This document shows, piece after piece, positions 8,405-17,670 of a stretch of DNA of 64,000 nt (its first letter is position 1; each line of letters starts with the position of its first letter). The notes beneath the pieces were generated by a model. That model saw only the letters and a program-made list of their open reading frames with translations. It did not search any database and was not told where the DNA came from. Source of the DNA: Planctomycetota bacterium (GTDB taxonomy: Bacteria; Planctomycetota; OFTM77); NCBI GenBank assembly GCA_040219065.1, contig JAVJTD010000079.1, forward strand, positions 6,254 through 70,253, given 5' to 3'. The position numbers and the translations under genes are program-made.

Positions 8405-10078
8405 ATGGACCACGCCGGACACCGCCGAGGCACTCTCGGCATCGGGACCGGACTTCTGGCGATATTGACCGTCCTGGTGCAGGCCGGTCAGGCTCAGCCG
8501 ACTTGGCGAGTGAGCGTCGACTCATCGGGCGGCGAGGCAAACGCAGCGAGCAATGGTCACGTCCTCTCGGGCGACGGGCGTCTCGTGGCATTTCAGAGCC
8601 TGGCTACGAACCTGGTCGCCGGCGACACCAATGGCAAGATCGACATCTTCGTACACGACCGGTCGACGAAAGCGACGAAGAGGGTGAGCGTCGGTTCGTT
8701 CGGCGCCGAGGCGAACGACCTGAGTGAAGCGGCCTCTGTTTCCTTCGATGGCGGGCTCGTGGCCTTCCAGAGCTCTGCGACGAACCTGGTCGAAGGCGAC
8801 ACGAATGGCAAGATCGACATCTTCGTACACGATCGCACGACCCGTACGACGAGGCTCATCAACGTCAGCTCGTCGGGCCAGCAAGCGGACGGAAGAAGCT
8901 ACTCCCCGGCGATCTCGGGCGACGGTCGCTTCGTGGCCTTCTCCAGCTTCGCGACGAATCTCGTGATCGGTGACACCAATGGCCTGACCGACGTCTTCGT
9001 CCATGACCTCCAGACCGGAACGACCACCCGAGTCAGCGTCGACTCATCCGGCGGAGAAGCCAATGGGCACAGCGGGAGTCTCGAGTTGTCGATCTCCCAT
9101 GATGGCCGGTTCATCGCCTTCCCGAGTGAAGCGACGAATCTGGTTCCCGGCGATACCAACGGCTCGAGGGACGTCTTCGTCCACGACCGAGAAACCGGCA
9201 CGACGACCCGAGTGACCGTGGACTCGCTGGGCAACGAAGCCAATGGGTTGAGCTTCAACCCCGTTCTGTCGGGAGACGGGCGGTACGTCGCTTACGACAG
9301 CGAGGCCGACAATCTCGTCGTCGGGGACGCCAACCAAGTGCGAGACGTGTTCGTCCGCGATCGGCAGACGAGCACCACCACGCGAGTGAGCGTCGGCACT
9401 TCCGGCGTCGAGGGCAATGGAGTCAGCTTGCGTCCGAGCATCTCGGCCGACGGGCGCTTCATCGCGTTCCATAGCGTCGCCACCAACCTCGCTCCCGGAA
9501 ACACCAGTCAGCTCAAGTCCGACATCTTCCGGCGGGACCTCCAGACCGGAACGACGACCTTGCTCAGCATCACGTCGCCGGGGATCAACACGACCCAGGG
9601 CTGCTCCAACGCGTCGATCTCGGCGAACGGCCGCTTCGTCGCCTTCTCGAGCAGCGACGACAGTCTGGCCCCCGGAGACAGCAACCAAGAGCGGGACATC
9701 TTCGTCCGGGACACTCTCGAGCTGAGCCACAACGGAGTGCCGAGCTCCGGCCAACCCTTCCATTTCACTCTGTCCGGCCTGTTCGGCGAGACCGGCAACA
9801 CGGCGCTCGTCCTCCTTTCGTGCACCGGCACCGAACCCGGGTTCGAGCTACCGGGTAATGCGGGAACCGCGTACCTGACGTTCGATGCCTGCACCGCGCT
9901 CGGACTGAATGTGGGCGCCTTGCTCCAGGGTGTCGTCGCAGCCGACGGGACCGCGAGCACACCGGTCGTCCCCTTTCCTCACGTAATACCGCTGACAAAG
10001 GTGTTTGCGGCTGCGGTGACGCTGAAAGGTGGCCAGATCGTCGCGATCAGCAGCCCGACGTTCTGCCTGACCCAATGA
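8405..10078 (+). CDS. Secreted seven-bladed PD40/TolB-like beta-propeller repeat protein with a ~110-aa C-terminal domain
   Basis: Signal peptide MDHAGHRRGTLGIGTGLLAILTVLVQAGQA, with GAGGAGGAG just upstream of the ATG at 8405. Seven ~58-aa repeats of the form S(I/V)SxDGRFVAFxSxATNLVxGDTNGxxDVFVHDxxTGTTTRVSV. Confidence 0.85.
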   Translation: MDHAGHRRGTLGIGTGLLAILTVLVQAGQAQPTWRVSVDSSGGEANAASNGHVLSGDGRLVAFQSLATNLVAGDTNGKIDIFVHDRSTKATKRVSVGSFGAEANDLSEAASVSFDGGLVAFQSSATNLVEGDTNGKIDIFVHDRTTRTTRLINVSSSGQQADGRSYSPAISGDGRFVAFSSFATNLVIGDTNGLTDVFVHDLQTGTTTRVSVDSSGGEANGHSGSLELSISHDGRFIAFPSEATNLVPGDTNGSRDVFVHDRETGTTTRVTVDSLGNEANGLSFNPVLSGDGRYVAYDSEADNLVVGDANQVRDVFVRDRQTSTTTRVSVGTSGVEGNGVSLRPSISADGRFIAFHSVATNLAPGNTSQLKSDIFRRDLQTGTTTLLSITSPGINTTQGCSNASISANGRFVAFSSSDDSLAPGDSNQERDIFVRDTLELSHNGVPSSGQPFHFTLSGLFGETGNTALVLLSCTGTEPGFELPGNAGTAYLTFDACTALGLNVGALLQGVVAADGTASTPVVPFPHVIPLTKVFAAAVTLKGGQIVAISSPTFCLTQ

Positions 10079-10104
10079 AGCCTGCGCTCGTCTGCTCGAG
10101 ACGC

Positions 10105-10350
10105 TGACGATCGCCAGCCACGAAAGGACTGTCCTCCAGCAACCAGAGCCCGCGCGACCGAAACGGGAAGCGGCTTCAGAGCTGGGAGCCGCTTCCTCGA
10201 CACGTGGACGATCGAGCCAAGAGACGCCGAGCAAGGGGCCGCTCGGAGTGCGCTGTCGTCGCAACGATGGCCCCGGCCCAAGCTCGCTCGTGCCAGCTCT
10301 CAGTGACAGACACGGTCTTCGGCTCGCTCGACTTGGGCACTCCATTGGAC
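10105..10350 (-). repeat. Modular ~245-bp intergenic repeat, copy A (full length, inverted relative to copy B)
   Basis: The reverse complement aligns end to end with 50950-51190. Shared blocks are GTCCAATGGAGTGCCCAAGTCGAGCGAG, GCGAGCTTGGGCCGG, CTTGCTCGGCG, GTCGAGGAAGC and TCGGTCGCGCGGGCTCTGGTT. It also contains the perfect hairpin GGAAGCGGCT..AGCCGCTTCC. Confidence 0.85.
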
Positions 10351-10362
10351 GCGGTGCTCAGA

Positions 10363-11823
10363 TCACCGCCCATCCTTTTTCACGACCTCCTCGACCTCGC
10401 CGTCTCGAAGCAACGTGAACCCGGTCACCTCGCCTTGCTCGTTTCGGTCGAAGCGGACGTCAGGGAGCCAAGCGCGGACACCCGCCGGGGCGGCCATGCG
10501 GAAGCGATCGTCGCCGAGCGGCTTCAGCTCGAGGGCGGGGCCGCCGGTTCGGCGGTACTTCAGGCTCTTGCCTTCGATGAAGATCGATCGCTCGCCGAAT
10601 TGGCCGACGAAGGCTTCGAGCTTCTGTATGTCGAACGATCCCTGCTCAGCCGACGCTCGCACCTCCGAGATCGCATCCTCGAGCGCGCGGCGGTCTTCGC
10701 TCGTGCTCGCCGATTCCAGGAGCTGGGTCAGGGCGAGGACGTGTGCTTCGCGGAGCGCTTGGCTTGCAGGCACGGAATGATGCGGGCTCACGCCGACGCC
10801 GTCGAAGCCGCCGCCGGTGACCGGGTGGATGACCTCGGCCATCGGGATGGTCGCGGTGAACCCGTCGCCGATCGGCGTCATCCCGGCGCTGTGGCCTCCT
10901 CCGATCGTCGTCTCACCCACCAGCGTGGCGCGCCCGTGGTGCTTGAGGGTGAAGGCGAGGTTCTCGGCCGCCGAGCCCGTGGACGAGCTCGTCAGGATGT
11001 AGATCGGCAGGTTGGGGCGACGCTCACCACCGACCTCGTCCTGGGTGAAGTACTCGTCGGTGCGCCCCGCGGCTCCGAAGTGGCGAGTGAAGAGGAGCTT
11101 TCCTCCTTCGGGAAAGAAGTAGCTCATCAGGTACGGGATGAATCCACCGACGCCGCCCGGCGTGTCGCGCAGGTCGATGATCAAGGCGTCGGTGTTCGAG
11201 AGGAAAGTCATCGCCGCATCCAGCGTCGGCTTGGCCACGTCGAGAGGCGGCATCATGTCGAGGCGGAAGTAGCCGACGTTACCGGCAAGCACCTCCAGCT
11301 TCGGCATCGAGAAGTTGCTCTTGCGGAATCGCTCGTGCAGCGCCTGGAAGATCGGCGAGCCCGGGTCGAGCGGCGGCGAGCTCGAGCCGATCCGAATCTC
11401 CTGACGTGGCTCCGCGGCGTCCTCACCCACATCGGCGCTCGCCGGTGCCGCCGCGGTCCTCACGCGAACATTCGGACCGGTCGGCACGCCGAGCGGTCCG
11501 CCGCCGCCCGACTCGTAACGCACCGAGAAGTGCAGATCCCCGGTGATCTCCCGGAGGTCGTCGGTCCACCGGCGAGCCAAGGCGCCTCGTGTTCCGATGT
11601 CGTCATAGGCCCCGGCCTCGAAGCGCTTGCGCATCTCCGCCTCGACGTCGGCCGCTCGATCCGGATACAGGTACATTCCGCGAATCGCCTGCGCCAGTGC
11701 ATCGAGAACCGCCTTCTTCTCATCGCGGCCGAAGTCGCCCGCATCCTGTCCGAGAAGTGTGCCGTGCGCAGAGAGCCCTGCGAGGAGTAGCAGGACGGTG
11801 AGGCAAGAACGGACGAGCGTCAT
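10363..11823 (-). CDS. Secreted S41-family peptidase (IRBP/tail-specific-protease-like)
   Basis: Signal peptide MTLVRSCLTVLLLLAGLSAHG. S41 core DALIIDLRDTPGG...PIYILTSSSTGSAAENLAFTLKHHGRATLVGETTIGGGH. Confidence 0.8.
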   Translation of the reverse strand: MTLVRSCLTVLLLLAGLSAHGTLLGQDAGDFGRDEKKAVLDALAQAIRGMYLYPDRAADVEAEMRKRFEAGAYDDIGTRGALARRWTDDLREITGDLHFSVRYESGGGGPLGVPTGPNVRVRTAAAPASADVGEDAAEPRQEIRIGSSSPPLDPGSPIFQALHERFRKSNFSMPKLEVLAGNVGYFRLDMMPPLDVAKPTLDAAMTFLSNTDALIIDLRDTPGGVGGFIPYLMSYFFPEGGKLLFTRHFGAAGRTDEYFTQDEVGGERRPNLPIYILTSSSTGSAAENLAFTLKHHGRATLVGETTIGGGHSAGMTPIGDGFTATIPMAEVIHPVTGGGFDGVGVSPHHSVPASQALREAHVLALTQLLESASTSEDRRALEDAISEVRASAEQGSFDIQKLEAFVGQFGERSIFIEGKSLKYRRTGGPALELKPLGDDRFRMAAPAGVRAWLPDVRFDRNEQGEVTGFTLLRDGEVEEVVKKDGR

Positions 11824-11890
11824 CGGAGGTCCCTTTCGAGAGTGGTGCGGCCGAAGAGCCGAGGCACCGAGTCACCTGGACTGAATAAGT

Positions 11891-11915
11891 AAGTATCTTA
11901 CGTTTTTTGATACTT
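11891..11915. promoter_or_regulatory. Candidate operator: perfect 7-bp inverted repeat AAGTATC-N11-GATACTT in an AT-rich patch 30 bp upstream of the ArsR-family gene
   Basis: Read directly from 11891-11897 and 11909-11915. It is the only AT-rich stretch in the S41/ArsR divergent intergenic region. Confidence 0.4.
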
Positions 11916-11944
11916 TTCAATCTCCCGATCGTTAGACTTTTCCC

Positions 11945-12508
11945 ATGCCTCGCAAACGAACCCACCTCGTCGAGGGGGCGGCCCTCTCGGCGCTCGCCAC
12001 CGCCCGGCGCCTCGAGCTGATCGAAGCCTTGATGAGCGAGCAGCCGGCGACCGTCGAAGAGCTCGGCCGCTACCTCGGGCGAGAGCCTCGCTCGCTCTAT
12101 CACCACCTCCGACCACTCTTGAAGGCCGGGCTCATCGAGGAGGCCGGACAGCGCGAGACGTCCCGGCGGCCGGCCACGCTCTACCGATTACCCGCCGAGC
12201 GACTGGAGCTGAATCGCGGTGACCGTTCCCCTCGAAGCCGCGCGCTCCTCAAGAAGCTCGCCCGCTCGACCCTCCAGAACGCTCTGCGTCTCCAGGAGCG
12301 TGCCGTCGACGGCCCCGCCACGTCACCCAACGACCCGCGGCACTCCGCCAAGCTCGCCCACCGCGCAGCTCGCCTGACGCCCGCCGGTCTGAAGCAGATT
12401 CACCAGAAGATGCGTGAGCTCTTCGAGCTGCTCGGCGAGCTCCATGATGAGGAAGGCGTCCCGACGGCCCTGACCATCAGCCTGGCCCCGGCGGCCCCTG
12501 GGGAATGA
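11945..12508 (+). CDS. ArsR-family winged-helix transcriptional regulator
   Basis: LSALATARRLELIEALMSEQPATVEELGRYLGREPRSLYHHLRPLLKAGLIEE is a typical ArsR/SmtB HTH plus wing. No obvious metal-binding Cys. Confidence 0.75.
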   Translation: MPRKRTHLVEGAALSALATARRLELIEALMSEQPATVEELGRYLGREPRSLYHHLRPLLKAGLIEEAGQRETSRRPATLYRLPAERLELNRGDRSPRSRALLKKLARSTLQNALRLQERAVDGPATSPNDPRHSAKLAHRAARLTPAGLKQIHQKMRELFELLGELHDEEGVPTALTISLAPAAPGE

Positions 12509-12904
12509 GCGTCCATGGGGCCGGCTGAGGCCGACCCCGTGGAAAGTTGGCACGTCGATCCCGGCACGTCTCACCCTAGCGCAAAGTGGGACATCTGTGC
12601 CGGGAACAGATTGCTCACTGCGTGATGTAGGAGTGCTTCGGGGTGACGCTCTACCGCGACGGTCCCTGGACCATTGACGATGGTGACCTCGGCACCGGTA
12701 GGATCTAGCGCGCCTCGGAAGGAGAGAGCCTCGTGCCGACATGTTGTGCCACCACCCTCGAGGGGTTTTCATACATCGATCGTCTCGTAGGAGACCCCAC
12801 CCGTCATTCCGCACATCCACGTTCCACGATCGATGTGGGTGGCCCGCGAAGCGAAGACCCGGATCCCGACGTGACGCATTGTTCGAGCCGCCCATCCACC
12901 TCCT

Positions 12905-15900
12905 TTGCGTAAGAAGACCATGCTTCCGATCTTGCTTGTCGCTTCCATCGCCGTGGCACTCCCCCAGGACGCCACGCTACTCGAGCACGCCACGAAGCAC
13001 GAGACGACCCTCGGGCCCACCGATCCAGTGCTCGAAGGCATCGGTCCCTACAAAGTCTTCCGCTACCGGCTCGACGCGGACGATTCGACCCTCTTCGTTT
13101 GGGCGCAAAGCGGCGAAGCGGACCTGATCCTCCATGGACGATTCACGGAACCGACACCCGGGAGTGACGGATCGAGCTCGGACGCCGCGGCACTCGTCGG
13201 TGGAGAGGAGCGCGCCTCGGTCTTCGTCGATGACGACACGGGTGGCGGCACGACGCCTCTCCTGATCCTGCCGCACGAGGGAGGTGGCACTCTCAGGATC
13301 CGTGTGACGGCGAAATCGACCTCGAATGAAGTTCCCATCACGATTCACTGCTTCGAGGCCCGAGAGACCGATGCCACTCGCGCGGCCGTCGAGGAGGCCG
13401 CTCCCGAAGTCGAAGCGATCGAAGCCGCCGTGGCCGCGAAGGAGCTCGAGCGAGCGCGCCAGCTCACCGGATCGCTCGTAGAGAAGCTCCTCGAGGTCGA
13501 CGGCGCCGCGGCGAGCCGAGGCATCAACGTGCTCCTCTGGAACGTCGGGATCAGCGCCTTCCGCGCGTCCTCCTTGGAGACGACCTCCCGCGCCTGGAGT
13601 GCGGCGCTCGCCTTCCGGCAGAAGACCCTCCCCCCAGACCACCGAGACATCCACATCGCTATGCTGAACCTGGCGGTCGTCTTGCAGCGTCAAGGTCAGC
13701 TCCAGCAGGCCTACGAGCTCAAGCGAAGCGTGCTCGAGTCCCGGGAGAGATTGCTTCCGCCTGAGCATCCGGATCGCCTGAAGGCTCAGATGAACGTCGC
13801 CTCGGCCCTCTTCGCGATGCAGGACCTCGAGGGTGCCCGAGACCTCTTCGAAGACACCCTGGCGATCCAAGCTCGCTCCCTTCCCGCAGATGACCCGAGC
13901 CTGCTCGTCACCAAGCAGAACCTCGCGGCAGTGCTCACGGAGCTCGGTGACGTAAGGGCCGCTCATCCGATCATCGAGGAGGTCCATACCGCTCAAGCCC
14001 GTCGCCTCCCCGAAGATCATCCCACTTTGCTCGCCGCCAAGCAGAACCTGGCCGGCCTGCGGCTAGCGCTGAGAGACATCGCCGGTGCCAGAGAGCTCTT
14101 CGAGACCGTGCTCGCGATCAAAACCAGAATCCTTCCGGCGGGCCATCCCGACCTGCTCACGGCCCAGAGCAATCTCGCCGCGATCTACCAGCAGCTCGAG
14201 CAGCACGAGAAAGCTCTCGAGATGTTCCAAGCCATTCACGCGGCCCGGCAGCGCATCCTGCCAGCCGATCATCCGGATCTGCTCAGCTCGAAAATGTCGT
14301 TGGCTCGAGCCTACGCTGAATTGGGAGGGCACGACCAAGCCCTGGAATTGACCCTCGCCGTCTATGAGGCCCGGCTCGAGCGGCTGCCGGCCAATCACCC
14401 CGATCTCGTGTCGACGATGCAGAGCCTCAGCGCGCGCTTCAAAGACTGCGGGGATCCGGAAGGGTCGCTGAAGCTCGCCCGGCAAGTCCGGGATGCTCAG
14501 GAGGTCATCTTGCCCAACGGGCACCCGGATCTCACTGCGGCCCGTGAGAACCTCGTCCCGATGCTCGTGCGACGCGGCGAGATCGAAGAAGCTCGCCAGC
14601 TCCTGAACACGATCTTGGAGGGCCGGCTCGTCCACGCCGATCAGCTGCGAACCAGCCCCCCGCGGCTCGCCCGTGACATCGCCTTCTGGCAGCTCAAGAT
14701 GTACGGCTGGCTCGTCTACTGGTGCCAGGAGACGACGACGCCAGACTCCGATCCCTTCGAGCCGATGCTCTTCGAGGTTCTCGAGAGCCTTCGTGCCGTC
14801 GCGATGGGCTCGGAGGAGATCGCTTGGGCCTCGGCGAGGAGTCCCGAGCTCTCGGAGCTGCGCTCTCGGCTGACCGAGGTGGGGTCCGAGCTCTCGAGCC
14901 TCGTCCTGGCCGCGCCGAAGACCTCTGAACCGGTCGAGGGCTGGCGAAAGCGGATCTTTGCTCTCTCGAACCAGAGGGATCAGATTCAACGCGAGCTCTT
15001 GTCCCGTCTCGCTTCCCGGGGGCTGGTCGTCGATCGACCGACGATCACTCGCGTGGCCGAGGGCCTGTCCGAGGACTCGGGCTTGGTCAGCTACTTCAAC
15101 TACTACGACTACCCGGGACGCGATCCCGAGACGGGCGAGTGGCTACCCTTCGTCGAGTCCGTCCTCGCGTTCGTCGTCCGGCCGGACGCCTCCGTCGAGC
15201 TCGTCAAGCTCGGAGCGACCGAGCCAATCCGAGAGCAGCTCACTCGCTGGCGCGAGTCTCTCGGACATCCGATCGAGTCACGCGGCGTGACAGGGGTACG
15301 CGGCCGAGAGTCGGTGTCCGCGGAAGCGGCCCATGGAACCACGCTGAGTCGCCTGGTCTTGGAGCCGGTTCTGGCGCGGCTCCCGGAGGTGAAGACCCTC
15401 CACCTGATCCTCGATGACTTTCTTCATCTACTCCCCTTCGAAGCTCTTCCCGGTGGCGATAGCCGGGTCCTGGACCGACTTCGCGTTCACTACGAGCCGA
15501 CCGCGCTGCACCTCTTACGCGGCCCGAGAGAGCTGAAAGGTCCGCCTCGTCTCGTCGCCTTCGGCGGCGTCGACTACGACGGAATGCCTCGAGATTCGTT
15601 CGAGAATCCTCTCCTCGAGCCGATGCCTCCACCGATCGCTGTGGCGGATTCCTCGGAAAGGGAGCGAGGCGCAGCTTTCGGAGCACTCGGGCCCTTGAAG
15701 GAGACGGCGATCGAAGTGGACTCTCTCGCGCGCCTCTACGAGCAGCACTTCGATTCCGAGGCGCTGGTACTGAAAGGACGATCCGCGAGCAAAGAGACCC
15801 TCTTCCGCGAGGCCAGGACGGCCCGCTGGCTCCACATCGCCACTCATGGGTGGTTCGTTCCCGAGACGGTGAGCTCGTCGTCCGAGGAAGAGGCTGCGAA

Positions 15901-16369
15901 TGAGGCCGCAAAGGGCTCGAGCCTGACGAGGGCCGAGAGCACGGTTCGTGGGTTCGCGCCTCAGACCTTGTGCGGCATCGCGCTGGCCGGTGCCAATCGC
16001 GGCGCCGATGAGCACGGAGCCGTCCCCGGCATGGTGACCGCCGAAGAGCTGGCGACCCTCGATCTGTCCAACTGCGAGCTCGCCGTCCTCTCGGCTTGTG
16101 AGACGAACGTGGGTGTCCGGCGAGCGGGCCAGGGGATCCAGTCGCTGCAGACGGCGCTTCACGCCGCCGGAGCCGAAGCGGCGATCACCAGCCTGTGGCA
16201 AGTCGACGATGCGGCGACGCGGCGATTGTTCGAGATCTTCTACACGGCACTCTGGGAGGAAGGCCTCGGCAAAGTCGATGCGCTGGTCCAAGCGAAGCAA
16301 ACGCTCCGGGAGGAAGGTCACCCCGTCCGCGACTGGGCGGGCTGGGTGCTGACCGGAGATCCGGATTGA
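12905..16369 (+). CDS. Secreted TPR-repeat + CHAT (caspase-like) domain protein
   Basis: N-terminal signal (MRKKTMLPILLVASIAVALP) and at least 8 TPR_12-type repeats (..LPxxHPDLLxAxxNLA..). C-terminal CHAT domain with the His/Cys dyad context WLHIATHGWF and ELAVLSACETNVG, followed by GIQSLQTALHAAGAEAAITSLWQVDD. Confidence 0.85.
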   Translation: MRKKTMLPILLVASIAVALPQDATLLEHATKHETTLGPTDPVLEGIGPYKVFRYRLDADDSTLFVWAQSGEADLILHGRFTEPTPGSDGSSSDAAALVGGEERASVFVDDDTGGGTTPLLILPHEGGGTLRIRVTAKSTSNEVPITIHCFEARETDATRAAVEEAAPEVEAIEAAVAAKELERARQLTGSLVEKLLEVDGAAASRGINVLLWNVGISAFRASSLETTSRAWSAALAFRQKTLPPDHRDIHIAMLNLAVVLQRQGQLQQAYELKRSVLESRERLLPPEHPDRLKAQMNVASALFAMQDLEGARDLFEDTLAIQARSLPADDPSLLVTKQNLAAVLTELGDVRAAHPIIEEVHTAQARRLPEDHPTLLAAKQNLAGLRLALRDIAGARELFETVLAIKTRILPAGHPDLLTAQSNLAAIYQQLEQHEKALEMFQAIHAARQRILPADHPDLLSSKMSLARAYAELGGHDQALELTLAVYEARLERLPANHPDLVSTMQSLSARFKDCGDPEGSLKLARQVRDAQEVILPNGHPDLTAARENLVPMLVRRGEIEEARQLLNTILEGRLVHADQLRTSPPRLARDIAFWQLKMYGWLVYWCQETTTPDSDPFEPMLFEVLESLRAVAMGSEEIAWASARSPELSELRSRLTEVGSELSSLVLAAPKTSEPVEGWRKRIFALSNQRDQIQRELLSRLASRGLVVDRPTITRVAEGLSEDSGLVSYFNYYDYPGRDPETGEWLPFVESVLAFVVRPDASVELVKLGATEPIREQLTRWRESLGHPIESRGVTGVRGRESVSAEAAHGTTLSRLVLEPVLARLPEVKTLHLILDDFLHLLPFEALPGGDSRVLDRLRVHYEPTALHLLRGPRELKGPPRLVAFGGVDYDGMPRDSFENPLLEPMPPPIAVADSSERERGAAFGALGPLKETAIEVDSLARLYEQHFDSEALVLKGRSASKETLFREARTARWLHIATHGWFVPETVSSSSEEEAANEAAKGSSLTRAESTVRGFAPQTLCGIALAGANRGADEHGAVPGMVTAEELATLDLSNCELAVLSACETNVGVRRAGQGIQSLQTALHAAGAEAAITSLWQVDDAATRRLFEIFYTALWEEGLGKVDALVQAKQTLREEGHPVRDWAGWVLTGDPD

Positions 16370-16387
16370 ACCGGTCGGACAACGCGG

Positions 16388-17491
16388 TCAGTCGTCGAGC
16401 CCCTTGCGCAGCGCTCTCGCCAGGAGCTGATGGAACTGATGATCGCCGTTCTCGCGGCGCACCGAGTAGCGGCCGACGTCGTAGTGGCTCGATTCGAGGC
16501 CTCGTTGCACGGCTTCGCAGATCTCGCGATCTTCTTCTTGCACCTGCTCGGCGATCCGTAAGCTGTCTTTGATGAAGGCTTCCTCAGTACCGGGCGCGAA
16601 GAAGTAGTCGAAGATCACCTCGCAGCGAGCGACGCCGCGCGGCCGGACCCAGTTGATGTCCAAGACACCTTCGTAGGCGTTGAACATCCAGTTCGGCCAA
16701 GCCCAGATGTAATGTGCCGCTTCGCCGCTACGAACCTCGCCCGCCTCGCCCGGTCGCATCGGTGCGTGCTGGAGGTTCCAGCCTTCATGCAAGGTGCAGT
16801 GATAGCGGGCGTAGTCGAGCGATCCGCTCAAGCCCGGATGCAGGACCGGCACGTGGTATCCGCCGTCGAGGTAGTTGTCGACGAAGACCTTCCAGTTGCA
16901 CGCCACCGAGTAGACTCGCCTTTCGGCATGCACGAGTTGTTCGGGGCGTAGCTCGGTGATGAGATCCGTCAATCCCGGTGCGAACGCATCGAGCGGCTCG
17001 GTGTCCTCGGAGGCACAGACGAACAGAAACGGGCCCATCTGCGCGACCCGCCAGCGCGGCAATCGGACGCAAGCGCGATCGAAGCCAGCGACATCCTCGA
17101 ACTCGGGCGCCTTTCGAAGCCGACCGTCCAACGCATAGTTCCACCCGTGATAGAGGCAGCTCCAGGAAGTTGCTCGGCCGGTGCCCTCTCGAACCAACGG
17201 TCCGCCTCGATGCCGACACACGTTGCTGAGTGCAACGATTCCGTCCGAGGTTCGCGCGATCAGCACGGGCTCGTGGCCCAAGTCGACGGCGAAGTACTGC
17301 CCCACCTCTTTGACCCAATCGACAAGCCCCACGTACTGCCAGCTCCGCTCGAAGACGCTGCGCTTCTCGAGCGCGTACAGGTCGGCATCGGTGTACCAAG
17401 CGCTCGGAGGCGTCTCGGCCGAGGCGAGCGGGCGCTCCCCGTCGAAGGCAGCAACGAGCTCACGGAGCTGGGGGGAATCGGTGGTTGGCAT
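16388..17491 (-). CDS. Rieske [2Fe-2S] non-haem-iron oxygenase, alpha subunit (choline/betaine-monooxygenase-like)
   Basis: Rieske motif CRHRGGPL...CLYHGWNY and mononuclear iron motif NYLDGGYHVPVLH. No reductase or beta subunit is adjacent. Confidence 0.85.
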   Translation of the reverse strand: MPTTDSPQLRELVAAFDGERPLASAETPPSAWYTDADLYALEKRSVFERSWQYVGLVDWVKEVGQYFAVDLGHEPVLIARTSDGIVALSNVCRHRGGPLVREGTGRATSWSCLYHGWNYALDGRLRKAPEFEDVAGFDRACVRLPRWRVAQMGPFLFVCASEDTEPLDAFAPGLTDLITELRPEQLVHAERRVYSVACNWKVFVDNYLDGGYHVPVLHPGLSGSLDYARYHCTLHEGWNLQHAPMRPGEAGEVRSGEAAHYIWAWPNWMFNAYEGVLDINWVRPRGVARCEVIFDYFFAPGTEEAFIKDSLRIAEQVQEEDREICEAVQRGLESSHYDVGRYSVRRENGDHQFHQLLARALRKGLDD

Positions 17492-17670
17492 GGGTGGGGT
17501 GACCTCGGTCTCTTGGAGGAACGGTCCGACCTCAGCCTAGCGATGCGGCGCCAGGAATCGAAGCACTGGATCGCCGGGCGTCATCGTTTTGAGTGGCCCG
17601 CGCGACGCCTGGCCGCAATGATGGGCGAGCGAGCTCTGCCGGACAGCCACCTCATGGATGAGTCGATCTG

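Noticed and set aside
10204-11790. 528-aa plus-strand ORF
   Set aside because: Antisense to the S41 peptidase gene. Its 5-prime part is a translation of repeat copy A.
12977-16321. Three minus-strand ORFs (347, 308 and 268 aa) within the TPR-CHAT gene
   Set aside because: Antisense shadows. The plus frame encodes continuous TPR repeats and a CHAT domain.
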